Assembly (NCBI GenBank): GCA_951406725.2
Contig: OX597816.1
Location: 75,392,001 to 75,456,000 of the forward strand
DNA length: 64,000 bases
Reading direction: 5' to 3'
Source of the DNA: Octopus vulgaris
Taxonomy: Eukaryota
Under the pieces are notes generated by a model. It was not told the origin of the DNA, searched no databases, and saw only the letters and a list, made by a program, of their open reading frames with translations. Below are positions 1-12,920 of the stretch, one piece after another. Numbering within the stretch: the stretch's first letter is position 1; each line of letters begins with the position of its first letter. The position numbers and the translations under genes are program-made.

Positions 1-1060
1 TCAAATTCCAATGTCTGCTTTGGTATGGTTTCTACAGCTAGATGCCCTTCCTAACACCAGTCACTTTACAGAGTGTACTGGGGGCTTTTTACAGGGTACC
101 AGCACTAGTGAGGTCACCAAGTGACTCACAAGACAAGCTCCCTCCTTCAACTGAAGGAAAGAGTAGTATTCAGGGAGGTGGCATTATACCAGGTGATGAG
201 GGACTAAAGTAAGTGAGAGGCACAGGAACAAGTGTCTTGCTGTAGGGAGATATACAGTTAATTCAGTTGAAAAAGAAAAGAGATAATGGTGGTGATGTGT
301 CAGGGCACCTCCTCAAATTGCAGGAAGACAAAGTGGATTGGATGGGTAAGTAAGTATATGGGATTGTGATGGATAGGGATGAGGGTTTAGGGAAACACAG
401 TGAGTGGTGGACATGGTGGAAGTTCTTGGTCAATCATAAATTTCAGTTCAAGGAAGTAAACGGGGTTAATAGATGGCTACAAAGATCATGTGATGTGTGT
501 GTCGGATGCAAGAGAGATACAGAGTACTAGGGGTGCAGCAAGGTAATGGGCAGAGGATTGCCATTGGCAAAACGAGGGGGTATATAGGGGAATGGGGAGA
601 TGGAAGGTGCATTCAGTGGGAAATAATGTGCTGTGGGAAGATACTGAGAATACATGAGAAAAAGGAAGTGGTTTCAGGAAGGGTAAATAGTGGTGGGGAT
701 GAAATATGTGCTGTTTCACACACATATATTACATGATTGACCAGACTATCGGATATTGTTATACATTGCTGGTCAGAATGCACTTTGCATCATTTTAGCT
801 TTTGAATGATGCCACCCCGCTGCCTAGGTGAGCAAGCCAATATTCTCCATTATTGGAAGGTTAGTCACAAGGCTACCCATTTACAGCTGAATGGACTGTA
901 GCAACATGAAATGAAGTGTTTTGCTCAAGAATACAATGGGAATCGAAATGAAGATTGTGAGTGCTTCACACCTAACCACTAACTCCTCCCCCACATATAT
1001 ACATATGTATATGTATGCACACACACACACACATATACATGTATATATATATATATACAC

Positions 1061-1120
<60 letters not shown>

Positions 1121-1217
1121 CAATATAAGGGTAGCAAAAAATTCAATAGAAATTTTTTCGCCACCAGCGGTCTAGTGAGAAAGAAAAAATAGTCAACAGA
1201 CTATATAATGTACATTC

Positions 1218-1269
1218 AACAATAATATTAAGGAATGGCCTATTAAGGCCATTCCTTAATATTATTGTT
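1218..1269. repeat. Perfect 24-bp-arm palindrome
   Basis: aacaataatattaaggaatggcct-atta-aggccattccttaatattattgtt. Confidence 0.9.
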
Positions 1270-1285
1270 ATATATATATATAATG

Positions 1286-1545
1286 ATGGTGCATGGCTCA
1301 GTGGTTAAGGTAGTGCACTCACAATTGCGAGATCATGGGTTTAATTCCCAGACCGGGCATTGCGTTGTGTTCTTAATCAAAGTACTTCATTTCACATTGC
1401 TCTGCAATCATTTTGTCATCTGACATTTGGCACCCATTGCAGCTGTTCAGGTAATACTGATTTGATGGAGGGAGTGAGCTTATGTGTACACAAACATTTG
1501 ATCACTATAAACAAATCATCTGTGTGGTTGTTTGGTTTTATTTGG
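1286..1545 (+). mobile_element. tRNA-derived SINE (relative at about 27070-27345)
   Basis: tggctcagtggtta A box, ggtttaattcc B-box-like; body shared with the 27070 copy. Confidence 0.75.
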
Positions 1546-2074
1546 CACTGTTTTTACAATCCTGTGAATAATGATAATGGTATTTTTATATAAGCTTAAA
1601 GCTTAAGGTGATCACCATGCAATGACTAAGGAAAATAGTCTAATAAAGAGGCATATAAGCCCTCAACAGAAAAAAGAAGGCTTTCCTATCCAACACATCT
1701 ATTGATAATAAGAAGAATGAAGAATTTGAACATTTAAACTTTATGTTTAATTACAGCTGGTTTATTCATAATAATTGTCCAACACGTGTTTCCATTATAT
1801 TAATTGCATATTTATATGTAGCAATTTATGCATCATTAATCAGTTGTTTGTCTGAATTAGGCTTGGTAGTAGTAAACTAGGATGTTCAGCAACAAGCCAT
1901 TTTTCATAACTGATTGTTTAGGTAAAATTCTACCTGAATATTATATCCCACCTTTTACTATAGCATATCTATGTATATGACATAGCAAAACTGCAAAATG
2001 ACCTGCATGCAATATACAAATAGGCTGATGAAAATAACATGCAGTTCAATGCTGATAAGTTTCAAGCACTTCTT

Positions 2075-2800
2075 TATCGGTCCACAAAAAAGACTACAAT
2101 CGGAATACATAGGACCAGAGTTAGAATCGGTGCATGACCTGGGAATACACATGAGTAGTGATGCAACATTCCATGTGCATATTGCCAGGATGGCAACACT
2201 GTGAAGGTGAGTAGTTGGATGTATCCCTAGATCATTCAGAACCAGAAGTAAGGATACCTTGCTACTCTTATGGAGGACATTTGTCCTCAGTCATCTGGAT
2301 TACTGCTCCAAACTGTGTTTGCCACAGAGTGTCAAATTGGTGGCTGAACTTGTGGCAATCCAAAGACTGACTCAGTGAAACAGATGAACTACTGAAAGAG
2401 GCTACAAGAACTGAAACTTTACTCCCTGGAGAGAAAGCGAGAAAGGTATGCAGTAATATACATATGGAAGATCCTGACAGATCCAGCTCCCAACTTTGGA
2501 ATTAAAAACTATAACAACCACTGAATTGGATGGCGCTGGATAATACCAAAGATACTGTCTTCTTCATCACATATAAGGACCCAGTATTGCAACAGCTTAG
2601 GTTTCAGGGGAATGCAATTGTTTAACATCCTGCCAAGGAACCCAAGTGATCTGCAAGGTGTAGATGTGGAATGTTCAAAAAGCATCTTGACAAATTTCTA
2701 TCTGAAATCCCAGATGCGCCCACATCAAAGCAGGAGGCATAAAGAAGAGCAGCTTTATACAACTCGCATCTTCACTAAAAACAGTACCAAAAGGAGACTC
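2075..2800 (+). mobile_element. CR1-like LINE RT C-terminal remnant
   Basis: DLGIHMSSDATFHVHI, TFVLSHLDYCS, RLQELKLYSLERKRERYAVIYIWKIL, LFNILP. Confidence 0.8.
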
Positions 2801-2878
2801 AAAAACACTGAATGGTGGTGCTCCAGCATGGCTCCAACGTCTGGCTGAAAACTAGTAAAAGAAATGATGATGATGATG

Positions 2879-2881
<3 letters not shown>

Positions 2882-2952
<71 letters not shown>
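2882..2952. repeat. (TA)n microsatellite (others at about 995-1120, 11691-11730, 12273-12303, 13870-13909, 30898-30950, 40576-40606, 41101-41135, 45450-45486, 45888-45924)
   Basis: Directly visible dinucleotide runs. Confidence 0.97.
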
Positions 2953-2956
<4 letters not shown>

Positions 2957-5879
2957 AAAAAGTCTGTTCTGCTCTGGCCCTTTCTCTTATACTTTTACCC
3001 TTCATGTCCAATCTCTTGGGATTCATAGTCTTACAAGCTGCATGACAAACTCGTTACTGTTGGTGGCACAAAAATGCACCCAGTACATGGTATAAAATGG
3101 TTGCATTAGGAAGGCATCCAGCTGTAGAAACCATGCCTGTGTGACATTGCAACATGGTATGGTCCTTTCATTTCTTGGCTCCTGTTAAATCATCTAACCT
3201 ATGCCAGCATGGAACCTGGACACTGAATGGGACTGATGGTGTTATGTTAATATCTGTGAGTGTGTGTGTTTTATCATTGTTATCATCATCATCATTGTTT
3301 ATAATGTCCATGTTTCATGGTGGTATGAGTTGTATCATTTGACATGAGCCAATGAGCCAGGAAACGTGACAAGTTCTACTCCTGCTTTTGCATGGTTTCT
3401 GCAACTTGGTGCCCTTCCTAACATAACTATTTCATAAAGTGTACTGTGTGCTTTTTACATCACTAGTAAAGTCACCTAATAACTTGTAAGATGAAGCACT
3501 ACTACTGAGTGGCTATGAAGTATTGAGGGAAGTGGCTTTGTGCTAGGTGATGAGATGTTAACATTTGGTAGAGGGACAGGAACAGGTGTATTGCTGTAGA
3601 GATGTTACATGACTACCCCAGTTGGAAAGAGATATGGTGGTGATGAGATGCTAGGGAATATCCCTATGTTACCGGAAAATGAATATAAGAGAGGTGGAAG
3701 AGAGGAGCAGACAAGGTGAGTGGATAGGTAAGTTTGTGAGAATGTGAAAGGTGAGATGGGGATGAAGGTGAATGCAGTGAATGATGCTCATGGATGAACA
3801 CAAGGTCTGTGGTGAATATCAGTTTGGTGGATGAGGTGGAGGAAATAGGAGTGGGTGAAGGAGGTAATAGGTGGTAGCACAGCCAGTGTGAAGTATGTGT
3901 GTGTGGAGGTGAGGTAAGTTGTATAATGCCAGGGACAATGTTAAAGGTAAATTGTGGAAATAGTAAGTGATGGACAGAAGTGGTGGGGGGCTGGCATTGG
4001 TAGAGTGAGTTGATGTACAGGTGAAAAAGGGAAGAGAAAAGCACATTCAGAGGAAAATAAGGGGATAATGGATGATATTGAGGATGCTGGTGACAAAGAA
4101 AATGATAACAGGTAGTATAAAGGTGGGGATGAAATATATGCAGTTCTGCTCTCTTTTAATTACAGCAGCTGAATGAATAGTAATTGAAAGAATGATCAAG
4201 GGGTAGGTTTTAGAAAGATGAATTGCTGGGGAGAGACTCATCAAGGAAGTTAGTTGTAGGGAGTATAAATATAGATATTGTGCTTTAAAGGCCTCATATT
4301 TATTGTGATAATGGATCTTCTTAGGTACAACAAATTGCCAATCATCTTGGTCCTTTGTCTTCTCCTCCATGAAGCTTAACATTCCGAGTTTGGTTTTTCA
4401 CTACTTAATTCCATGTCTTCCTGGTCTTTCTCTCCCTAGGTTCCATCCACATTTATTGATTAGCACTTCTTTATGCAGCTGTCCTCATCCATCCACATCA
4501 CATAACTATACCAGTGCAGCCTTCTTTCTTGCACACCACATCGGATGTCTTTTATACCCAATTTTTCCCACAATACATTTGCATGTTGTTTGGCACCTTG
4601 GGCAAGTGTCTTCAACTATACCTTCGGGCCAACCAAAGCTTTGTGAGTGGAGTTGGTAGGTGGAAACTGAAAGAAGCATGTCATATATATAGATATATAT
4701 GTATATGCATATATCTGTGTGTGTGTATGTCTGTGTTTGTCCTCTACAACCACTTGGCTACAAGTATTGGTGTATTTATGTGCCGTAACTTAGCAGTTCG
4801 GCAAAAGAGACCAATATAATAAGTACCAGGCTTTAAAAAAAATAAGTCCTGGGGTCAACTTGTTTGACTAAAAAACCATTCAAGGCAGTACCCCCAGCAT
4901 GGCTGCAACCAATTGTCCGAAATAAGTAAAAGGAAAGATACTGACACTTTACTCATCCAGTGGAGCATGCTAGCCTCATTTCTTTCTAGCCTTCACCTGT
5001 CTTCTGGATTCATAGCCCACATTTCACAACCATGTAACATTGCTGTTCATGTACAAGTATCATACATTCTGCCCTTTGCTCACTGAGGGAGAGGCCATTT
5101 GTTACCAACAGAGATAATATTTCTCTGAACTTTATCCAGCTGGTTTTTATTCTAGCGACTATATGCCTTCATTGCTAATCATGTTACCTAGGTAACAGAG
5201 ACTATCTGTATCAGGTGTCCAAATCTCACATTTTTTACGCTCAAAAACTATAGTAACCTAACAAAATAATGCTAGCTAAACTATATACACTCAGTTCGCT
5301 TCAGACCATGTCAGTGGATGGACCTTGAATAAAGTTGCTTAGACTAATAACCAGTTGAAAGTAACTGGATACAAGTACAATTGCTAGATGTCTTATTCAC
5401 AGAAATGTGCATCAGACACATTTAAATCAAATATGCTGTATAAATGATTAGAAATATAAAAAATGTGCTGATGTACTAATCTCCATATTCATTGTAATTA
5501 TCTTGGATATACACTTGGTAAAATATTTACAATCCAGTTAAGTGAACTCAAGATTTTCCCACCAGCTGAAATATATTGGGATTGTTTATCATAGGTAATC
5601 CTAGGTGCTCCTTACAATGCAATGCAGTTAACCATAACTTAGATTATAACCAAGTACTTGCATGGTACCTGCCTGGATAATTTATTCCTCTGTGTGAATG
5701 TGGGTGTGTAGCAAATTCTCAGAGTTAAGCAAGTATCTTCCATTATATCCCTAATGTTATGGATAAAAATCTACTGGCATTCAGATATCTCACTTTGAGT
5801 TCTTTATTCTTAATGACCTGACCATTTTTCTATGAACTAGCCAACCCCAGGTATTTGTGTGTGTGTGTAAAATATCATG

Positions 5880-6880
5880 TTGAAGAGAAGTGTGATGTCA
5901 GTTATATTTAGCAAGAGAAGAGACAGAAAAAGAAGTTTCCACATGTTCACCAACATCAGGATTAGAGGTAATGCTACTCAGCATTTCTAAACATGTACTA
6001 GAAAGAGTGAATAATCATTAGGGCAAATTGTATATGGAATGATAACAGTGCATTTGCTCTCACTGATACTGAAAAGAAAGGGGCATAGAATTGCTACTGT
6101 GAGATGCTGTTCAATGCTGGAGAATGCATAGGAGAGAGTCTAATCCAAGAAAACCCAACAGAAGTACCAGCCATTAAAGTTGATGACAGTATAAGAGCTG
6201 AAGTGGTTAAAGATATAAAGGCAAAGAAAGCAGCTGATCCATTGGTGACAGCTGCTGAAATGTTTAAAATAGCTGGTGAAGTAGGGTATAGGCTAGTCAC
6301 TTGAATAGTTTATTACGTAATATAGGAAAGTGTTGTACCCAAAGACTGGCAAAGCAACAACAATATTAAACCGTTACAGAGACAAAGGTGATGCACTAAA
6401 GAAAGCAGACTACAGAGGCATCAAAATTTGGATCAAGTTATGAAAGTTATAGTAAGAGTTATTCGAAAATTTATTAGCAAGATTTACCTGAATGAGATAG
6501 TTTAGTTTTGTACTAGTAAAAGGTACAACTGATTCCATCTTCCCAGTGAAACAACTGAAAAAGTACCTAGCTAGGAGCATGCTTTTGTACTCAGCATTTG
6601 TTGACCTAGAGAAGGCCTTTGTCAGAGTCCTTTGCACCATCATCTGGAAACTGCGAAAGAAACCGGGAGTTGATAACGTGTTTGTAGAAGCCGTGTACAG
6701 AGATGCAATGAATTTAGCATGCAGACAGTATTCTTAGGCCATAACAGAGGAGTTTAAGGCTAACAGGAACTTCCCTGTGCTGATGACCTTGTTCTTATTT
6801 CAAAATCAGTGAAAGAATTGAAGACATGAAAACAAAATCTGGAAATGAATGGTTTTTAAAGTAAAGTTAGCAAAAAAGTT
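5880..6880 (+). mobile_element. Decayed RTE reverse-transcriptase fragment (another at about 4950-5200, - strand)
   Basis: AEMFKIAGEVG, KGDALKKADYRGIK, AFVDLEKAF, ADDLVL in broken frames. Confidence 0.8.
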
Positions 6881-7179
6881 CTGCTCAGTAGAAAAGAAGT
6901 GAAGTAATTGTTTATAAAAAGTTCAGGAAGCTTTTGTTATTTCTAGTTTCATCATCATCATCATTTAATGGCAGTTTTCCATGCTGGCACAAATTGGACA
7001 GTTTGACAGGTGCTGGCATGCTGGAGAGCTGCACAAGGCTACAGTCATTTGTTTTGGTGTGGTTTGTATGGTTGGATGCTCCTCATGTTCATCAACAAAG
7101 ATTTCAATCCTACCTGTGGTTTTCTAAACCTACGTAAAAAGTATTAGAAGAGGAATCTCTAACTTGTTAAATAAAGTTT

Positions 7180-7720
7180 ACAGAAAATCATCTAGTTCAA
7201 TCAAACTTTCTCATTAAACATGCAATCCAACATAGTTAAACATTTCTTAGGTGTAAAAAACAATTATTTTCAAATAACCTTTGTTATAAGAAATTATTCA
7301 ATAGAAATAATTTGAAACTAAACTATAGTCATACATCAAACAAAAAAATATAATTATAAGAAACCAATCCAAACCAGTTGAAACAAAGATTCATGTTCTC
7401 CCTATCAGTTATGCAATATGGAAACAATAATCAATGATGCCAAGGCCATCTTCACAAAACAAAACTTAGATACTGAAAACTAACATACTGGAATGACATG
7501 ATAAATTCAAATACTGCTATTTGAATTACACCTCTTCATCCAAAAATATGATGAACTAAATTCTTCAACTATATTTAGAAATTGAAAATATATTGAACTA
7601 AATTAAAATTCAAGTGAGAAATTCTTAAATAGTATGTCATACTCAAGCAGTACAAAACTCCAAAATTTATACCATTCTCAAAAGAATTTCATTCATATGA
7701 ATGTCAACAAATGCAGATAT
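7180..7720 (+). mobile_element. Decayed Penelope-like retroelement fragment (RT-linker and GIY-YIG endonuclease)
   Basis: Broken frames give KII*FNQTFSLNMQSNIVKHFL, KKLFNRNNLKLNYSHTSN and HTGMT..KFKYCYLNYTSS, resembling PLE motifs IIWFNPPFS..TNIG..FL, KIFNRN.VK.SYSC and YIGMT..FK.R..NH.SS. Confidence 0.7.
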
Positions 7721-8102
7721 TTCTGGATATTCCTTTGAGCTTCCAAGAAAAACACAAGATCACCAGACTAAGCCATTTAACACACCCCACTAATTGTAAA
7801 GACTTAGAGAAACATAGTTTATTTAAACTTTTTAGGACTTGACAAAATTCAAAACTGAAGTATCTAATTTATGGTAGTTAAGTGACATTAAAGAAACAAA
7901 GCGTTATGCTCCCTTTTGAAGTAGTTTCAAGGAAATGTACTAAGAAAAAGAGAATATATATTTAAGTACAAAGTAAACCTGTCTACTTTTTTATCACACT
8001 ACCTGAAAATAACAAAGGCAAGTGAGACATGGTGAGCATATTTACTTACAACTTTTTCTTCCTTTAATAAAACATAAATGAAATGATCAATTGGCCGGAA
8101 TT

Positions 8103-9254
8103 CATCATCATCGTTTAACGTCCGTTTTCCGCGCTAGCACGGGTTGGACGGTTCGACCGAGGTCTGGGGAGCCAGGGGCTGCTCCAGGCTCCAGTCTGAT
8201 CTGGCAGTGTTTCTACAGCTGGATGCCCTTCTTAATGCCAACCACTCCGCGAGTGTAGTGGGTGCTTTTTACGTGCCACCTGCACAGGTGCCAGAGGGGT
8301 CTGGCATCGGCCACGTTCGGATGGTGCTTTTTATGTGCCACCGGCACAGAAGCCATTCGAGGCAGGGTTGGCATCGGTCACGTTTGGATGGTGCTTTTTA
8401 TGTGCCACCGGCACAGAAGCCAGTGAAGGCTGCACTGGCAACGGCCACGTTCGGATGGTGCTTTTTATGTGTCACCGGCACAGGTATCACAACTACTGTT
8501 TCCATTGATATTTGGTTTGATGTACATGTACATGCACTTGACTCAACAGGTCTCCTCAAGCACAGCAAGATGTTCTGGGATCCCATGATCGGTTGGTGCT
8601 TTTTATGTGCCACCGGCACAGAAGCCAGTCGAGGTGGTGCTGGCGTCGGCCACGCTCGGATGGTGTTTTTTACGTGCCACCGGGACAGAAGCCAGTCGGG
8701 GCGGTGCTGGCATCGGCCACGTTCGGATGGTGCTTTTTATGTGCCACCGGCACAGAAGCCATTCGAGGCAGGGTTGGCATCGGTCATGTTCGGATGGTGC
8801 TTTTTATGTGCCACCGGCACAGGTATCACAACTACTGTTTCCATTGATATTTGGTTCGATGTTCATGTGTCACCGGCACAGAAGCCATTCGAGGCAGGGT
8901 TGGCATCGGTCATGTTCGGATGGTGCTTTTTATGTGTCACCGGCACAGGTATCACAACTACTGTTACGTTCGGATGGTGCTTTTTATGTGCCACCGGCAC
9001 AGGTATCACAGCTACTGTTTCCATTGATATTTGGTTCGATGTTCATGTATATGCACTTGACTCAACAGGTCTCCTCAAGCACAGCGAGATGTTCCGGGAT
9101 CCAAGGTACTTTGGATGTGCAGGGGGTATGCGGAACTGGTGCCGGAAGCATCCCGGGTCTTAGTAGTCACAGCACATCTCCAGAGATCTCAGTCCTTCGC
9201 CATTGCCTCAGTGAGGCCCAACGCTCTGAGGTCATGCTTGACTACCTCATCCCA
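8103..9254 (-). mobile_element. RTE LINE 3' end with expanded tandem 3'-UTR array
   Basis: WDEVVKHDLRALGLTEAMAKD, about 11 repeat units, shared 3' end and (GAT)n tail. Confidence 0.9.
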
Positions 9255-11687
9255 ATTATGCCACAAAAAAGTGTTGGTGAAGGGAGATAAGCAATTACAC
9301 AAGCCTTTTAAAACTAAATAAACGTTTTTAAGATTGCTTTTCTTCTTATATTTTTCTAAAATTTTAACTTTGATGTAGTGTAATGAAAAATGTATGAATA
9401 TGTTATGTGAGTAACAAATTATGTCCATTTTGCTGAATATTTAGTCTTTCAAACTTTTGTGTGTTCTGACTTTTACGACATTTAAAATTCAACTTTTTCA
9501 TGTTCATCTTTCTTTTGTTTGGCTTTATGACCCAAACTGTTATGGGAGAATCCTGAACACCCCACATGACTGAAGGTGGACTAACTGATTACAATAAATA
9601 AGAACTGAGTGAACTGTCAGGTGGGGAGTTGACGGAGTTAGTTCAACCGTGTTGGTTTACCATGTTAGTCTGATGTGTATTGGTTTAACAGTCATTAGTT
9701 GAACAGTATCGTACCGACCCTCGAGTAGTACAGAGTGCATTCTGTGTTAACATATATTTCTGTAATAGGTTATTTTTAGATAACCACAACCAACTGTTTA
9801 TTTGTGTAATACTATATACACCAGACATGTATACCCACTTCATAACACAAACCCATATAATATGCATGTTTTTGCTACAAACAAAAGCTTACTCCATACA
9901 CGATGTAGAGTTTATATTTATTCAGAGTTAATCGATGATTCACTTTGTTTTATACAACTTGCACTCAGTCAAGCAACACTGAGATGAATGGGTTGTGTTG
10001 ACAAAACACTGAAATGGCTGATTCTCATTGCCCTGGCTGCAGCATGTGTCACACGATTGCAGATTATATTGTAGCTGTTAATTTGTTCTGCTGTTATATA
10101 GGGAAGAACACTCAGATTTGACTGCACCTATCAAGGGTAGCTATCCTGCTTTGATTTGGACATGTAGATTTTGATGCATATGCAAATCTAGAAACTTCTC
10201 CAGATAGATGGAATTTTTCCAGAAGAAATTGTAGACAATGGCAGTAGATGATATCTCAGGTCTTTTGTTTAAAAATATCACTGATTATTTCAGGATTTGG
10301 AATTTCCCAGTCAGCACCCCTACTACCAGTAGTTGGTTTATTACACCTGTTAAGATGAATCTTCCAAAACTGACTTTGCAACCTCCCTCAATATGCCAGT
10401 TTTTTCAATCAAACCTAATCTATAATATCCAACTCTTTTATAGCATAGGATAGCTCTACCTACGATATTATAAGTTATAGAAACCTATTCAGTTCCATGG
10501 TCCCTTTGCTTGCAAACAAACTGGTTTAGAATGGTGTAGTTCTTTCCATCAACTGATCTGAATGAATGTATATTTTAATTACATTGATTCTTAAGGGAAT
10601 TGAGTTCATTAGAATTTTTCTCAATACTATCAGCTGGTTATATGGTTGCTCTATATATCACTGCTTTAGAGTCTCTAAGTAGACATTTGTGAGGTTACTG
10701 TAGTTATAAATTGGATGTAGGGATAATTTGCTTGATTGGTTATCTTAGGTTATAAAGTGAAATATGAGGAGTATATTGTGGTCCAGACCACAGTAGCTGA
10801 CTTTAATATTATTGCTATTAAAAAAATTTATGATATATATATCCTTAGTTGGAAAGTGGAATCTTATTAGATATAGAAATGTCCTGGTTCTGTTGGTAAT
10901 TACCCATAAGAATTAACTCAATTGATATCTTACTATACAATCAGTTCATTTCAATGCTAACAGAATACTGCAAATGGCAGAAAACTATGAGGAGCTGCTG
11001 ATTTCTAACATATGCATGTGTGCACATACACACACACATGTAAAGATTCTGTGCAGCTGTTCACATGTTGGCATCACAGTTATGTGTAGTTGTTTATATA
11101 TTATGCTTTGGTTGAGATATAGACAGATTAAAGTTCGATTCTCAGGTGTCACGAAGTATGTAATGGTTATGGTTTGAAGTATTCCATGAAATAAATGACA
11201 AAAGAAAATAATAGTTGAAATGGCCTTTATTTTACTGTTACAATGTAAAAGACAACTGCTTCTAGTTGTTGTATAAAGATTAGTTGAAGTGCTACTGTCC
11301 ATTTCATAGATAGTTGAATTTATCCTTTTTTAATTTCTAGAAGGAAGCAGGAGAGGGAAAGAGTAGCAGAATTGACCTCTCTGGATTGATGAGGAGAGAT
11401 GGTGAAAGTTGTAAAGTCGCTTTGTGACATGCCAGAGGTGCTCCTTTCACCAGGTGAAAGTAGAATTGAATTTGGGTTCTGTATTTATAATATTTTCCTA
11501 CTTAAACAAAGGATTTTTTATGTTATCTCATCTGAACTATATTTAACAAAGAATTTTCAGGAAAAACTATAGAACTGTTGACTCTCATAAATTTCTTAGA
11601 GCTAATGCATAAAACAGTAAGAAGGGACTCATAGAAAAATCTTGACTGGGTTTCGAATCCTGGCTAAGATTCCAGGAAGCAATTTGC

Positions 11688-11733
<46 letters not shown>

Positions 11734-12268
11734 TACACATACATACTAAGTAAAATTGTGGTTGTCCTTGAATACAGACAAGTCCCCAGTTTCCTTCTTC
11801 TACTGAACATTTCTAATTTTGTGGGCTCATGGGTGCTGGTACCATATAAACAGTACCCATACCTGTGCTACATAAAAGCACACAGTACCCTTTGTAAAGT
11901 GGCTGGCATTAGGAATGGCATCCACCCATAGAAACCATGCCAAACCAAACATAGAACCTGAGCAGCTCTTCAGCTGGCCAGCCCCTGTTAGACTGTCCAA
12001 CCCATGCCAGCATGGAAAATGGACATTAAATGATGATGAGGAGGATATAAATCATTTTCGTTTGGAGCTTGCTTGTTTTTTAAAGAAAATAACTTTGATT
12101 ACTTCTTTGTATCTTTCTACATTCACTAAAATCATTTCCAGATGATGAGACTTTGGAAATTGTTCCAAAGAAAACATACAGGTATTAGTAAGAAGTAGTA
12201 AAAGTCATTTTCAAAAAATAAAAAAAGGAAAACAAAAACTGGGGTACTGTTAAATTTGTTTTCATTAA

Positions 12269-12305
<37 letters not shown>

Positions 12306-12418
12306 CAAAAGAGAGGGTGGTGTTTCCATGCAGGAAAAAATATAGGAAAGTGTGTTGTTGAAAATGCACCTAAATTTCAAAAACACGTAAATGTTTAAAA
12401 TACATCTATTTACATATA

Positions 12419-12460
12419 TACCAAACTAGTTTCAACAATATTTTTTGTTTATCAATGGTA
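12419..12460 (-). ncRNA. Minimal hammerhead ribozyme-like motif, U3-A8 core variant, downstream of PLE remnant
   Basis: - strand: TACCA TTGATAA ACAA AAAATA TTGT T GAAA CTAG T T TGGTA. Confidence 0.5.
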
Positions 12461-12689
12461 AAAGTTTAAAATTAGAAAAAACATCTTTAAAAGTTTCAAT
12501 ATTGACAAATTAAAATGTTTCAATGTTGATAAATTAACATGTTCAAAACAGGTGTAAGTTTGAATGTTCGTAGCAGTCAATAAAATTAAAACTGTATATC
12601 AATTTGTTTGAATGTACAAAGTTCATTAATTTTAGTGATGGCCAACAAGTCATACTGAAAAAAACAAGTGTGAAATGAAAATAGTAAAC

Positions 12690-12920
12690 AAATGGGAATT
12701 CGGTTTACAGTTTTTCTGATCCTCTTCTAAGAGATGCTTTCGCTTGTTGTGGTATGTTTTGGGATCAGATGAATTTATAATTTTTTTCCGTGAGTGGATC
12801 TGATTTTTGATTCATTAAAATTCTGGTGACATTTTTTTCCCATAGTCAAGCTTGTCGTTCTGTTTGGTTAGTTTCCTTGTGGATACAATCATAAGTCGTT
12901 CCAGTTGGTTGGTTCTCTTC
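12690..12920 (-). mobile_element. Decayed Penelope-like element 3' end
   Basis: - strand LTEK/KIINSSDPKTYHNKRK...NCK resembles the PLE C-terminus (L.EK..I....LNKR...C.H); hammerhead-like motif about 250 nt downstream. Confidence 0.45.

Noticed and set aside
881-1175. YI/IY-repeat ORFs (also near 2800-3045, 13761, 30844, 40948)
   Set aside because: Translations of (TA)n and (CA)n microsatellites.
3664-4382. Pro/Ser/His/Leu-rich ORFs (also 18722-19072, 50925-51386)
   Set aside because: Low-complexity bodies of an old repeat family, with no conserved frame between copies.
8260-9060. CRISPR array
   Set aside because: The variable segments are homologous to each other, the array is part of an RTE LINE 3' UTR in a eukaryotic intron, and there are no cas genes.
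8144-9290. Long ORFs (339 aa, 227 aa) as genes
   Set aside because: They are antisense readings of the tandem RTE 3'-UTR array, open in several frames only because the repeat lacks stops.
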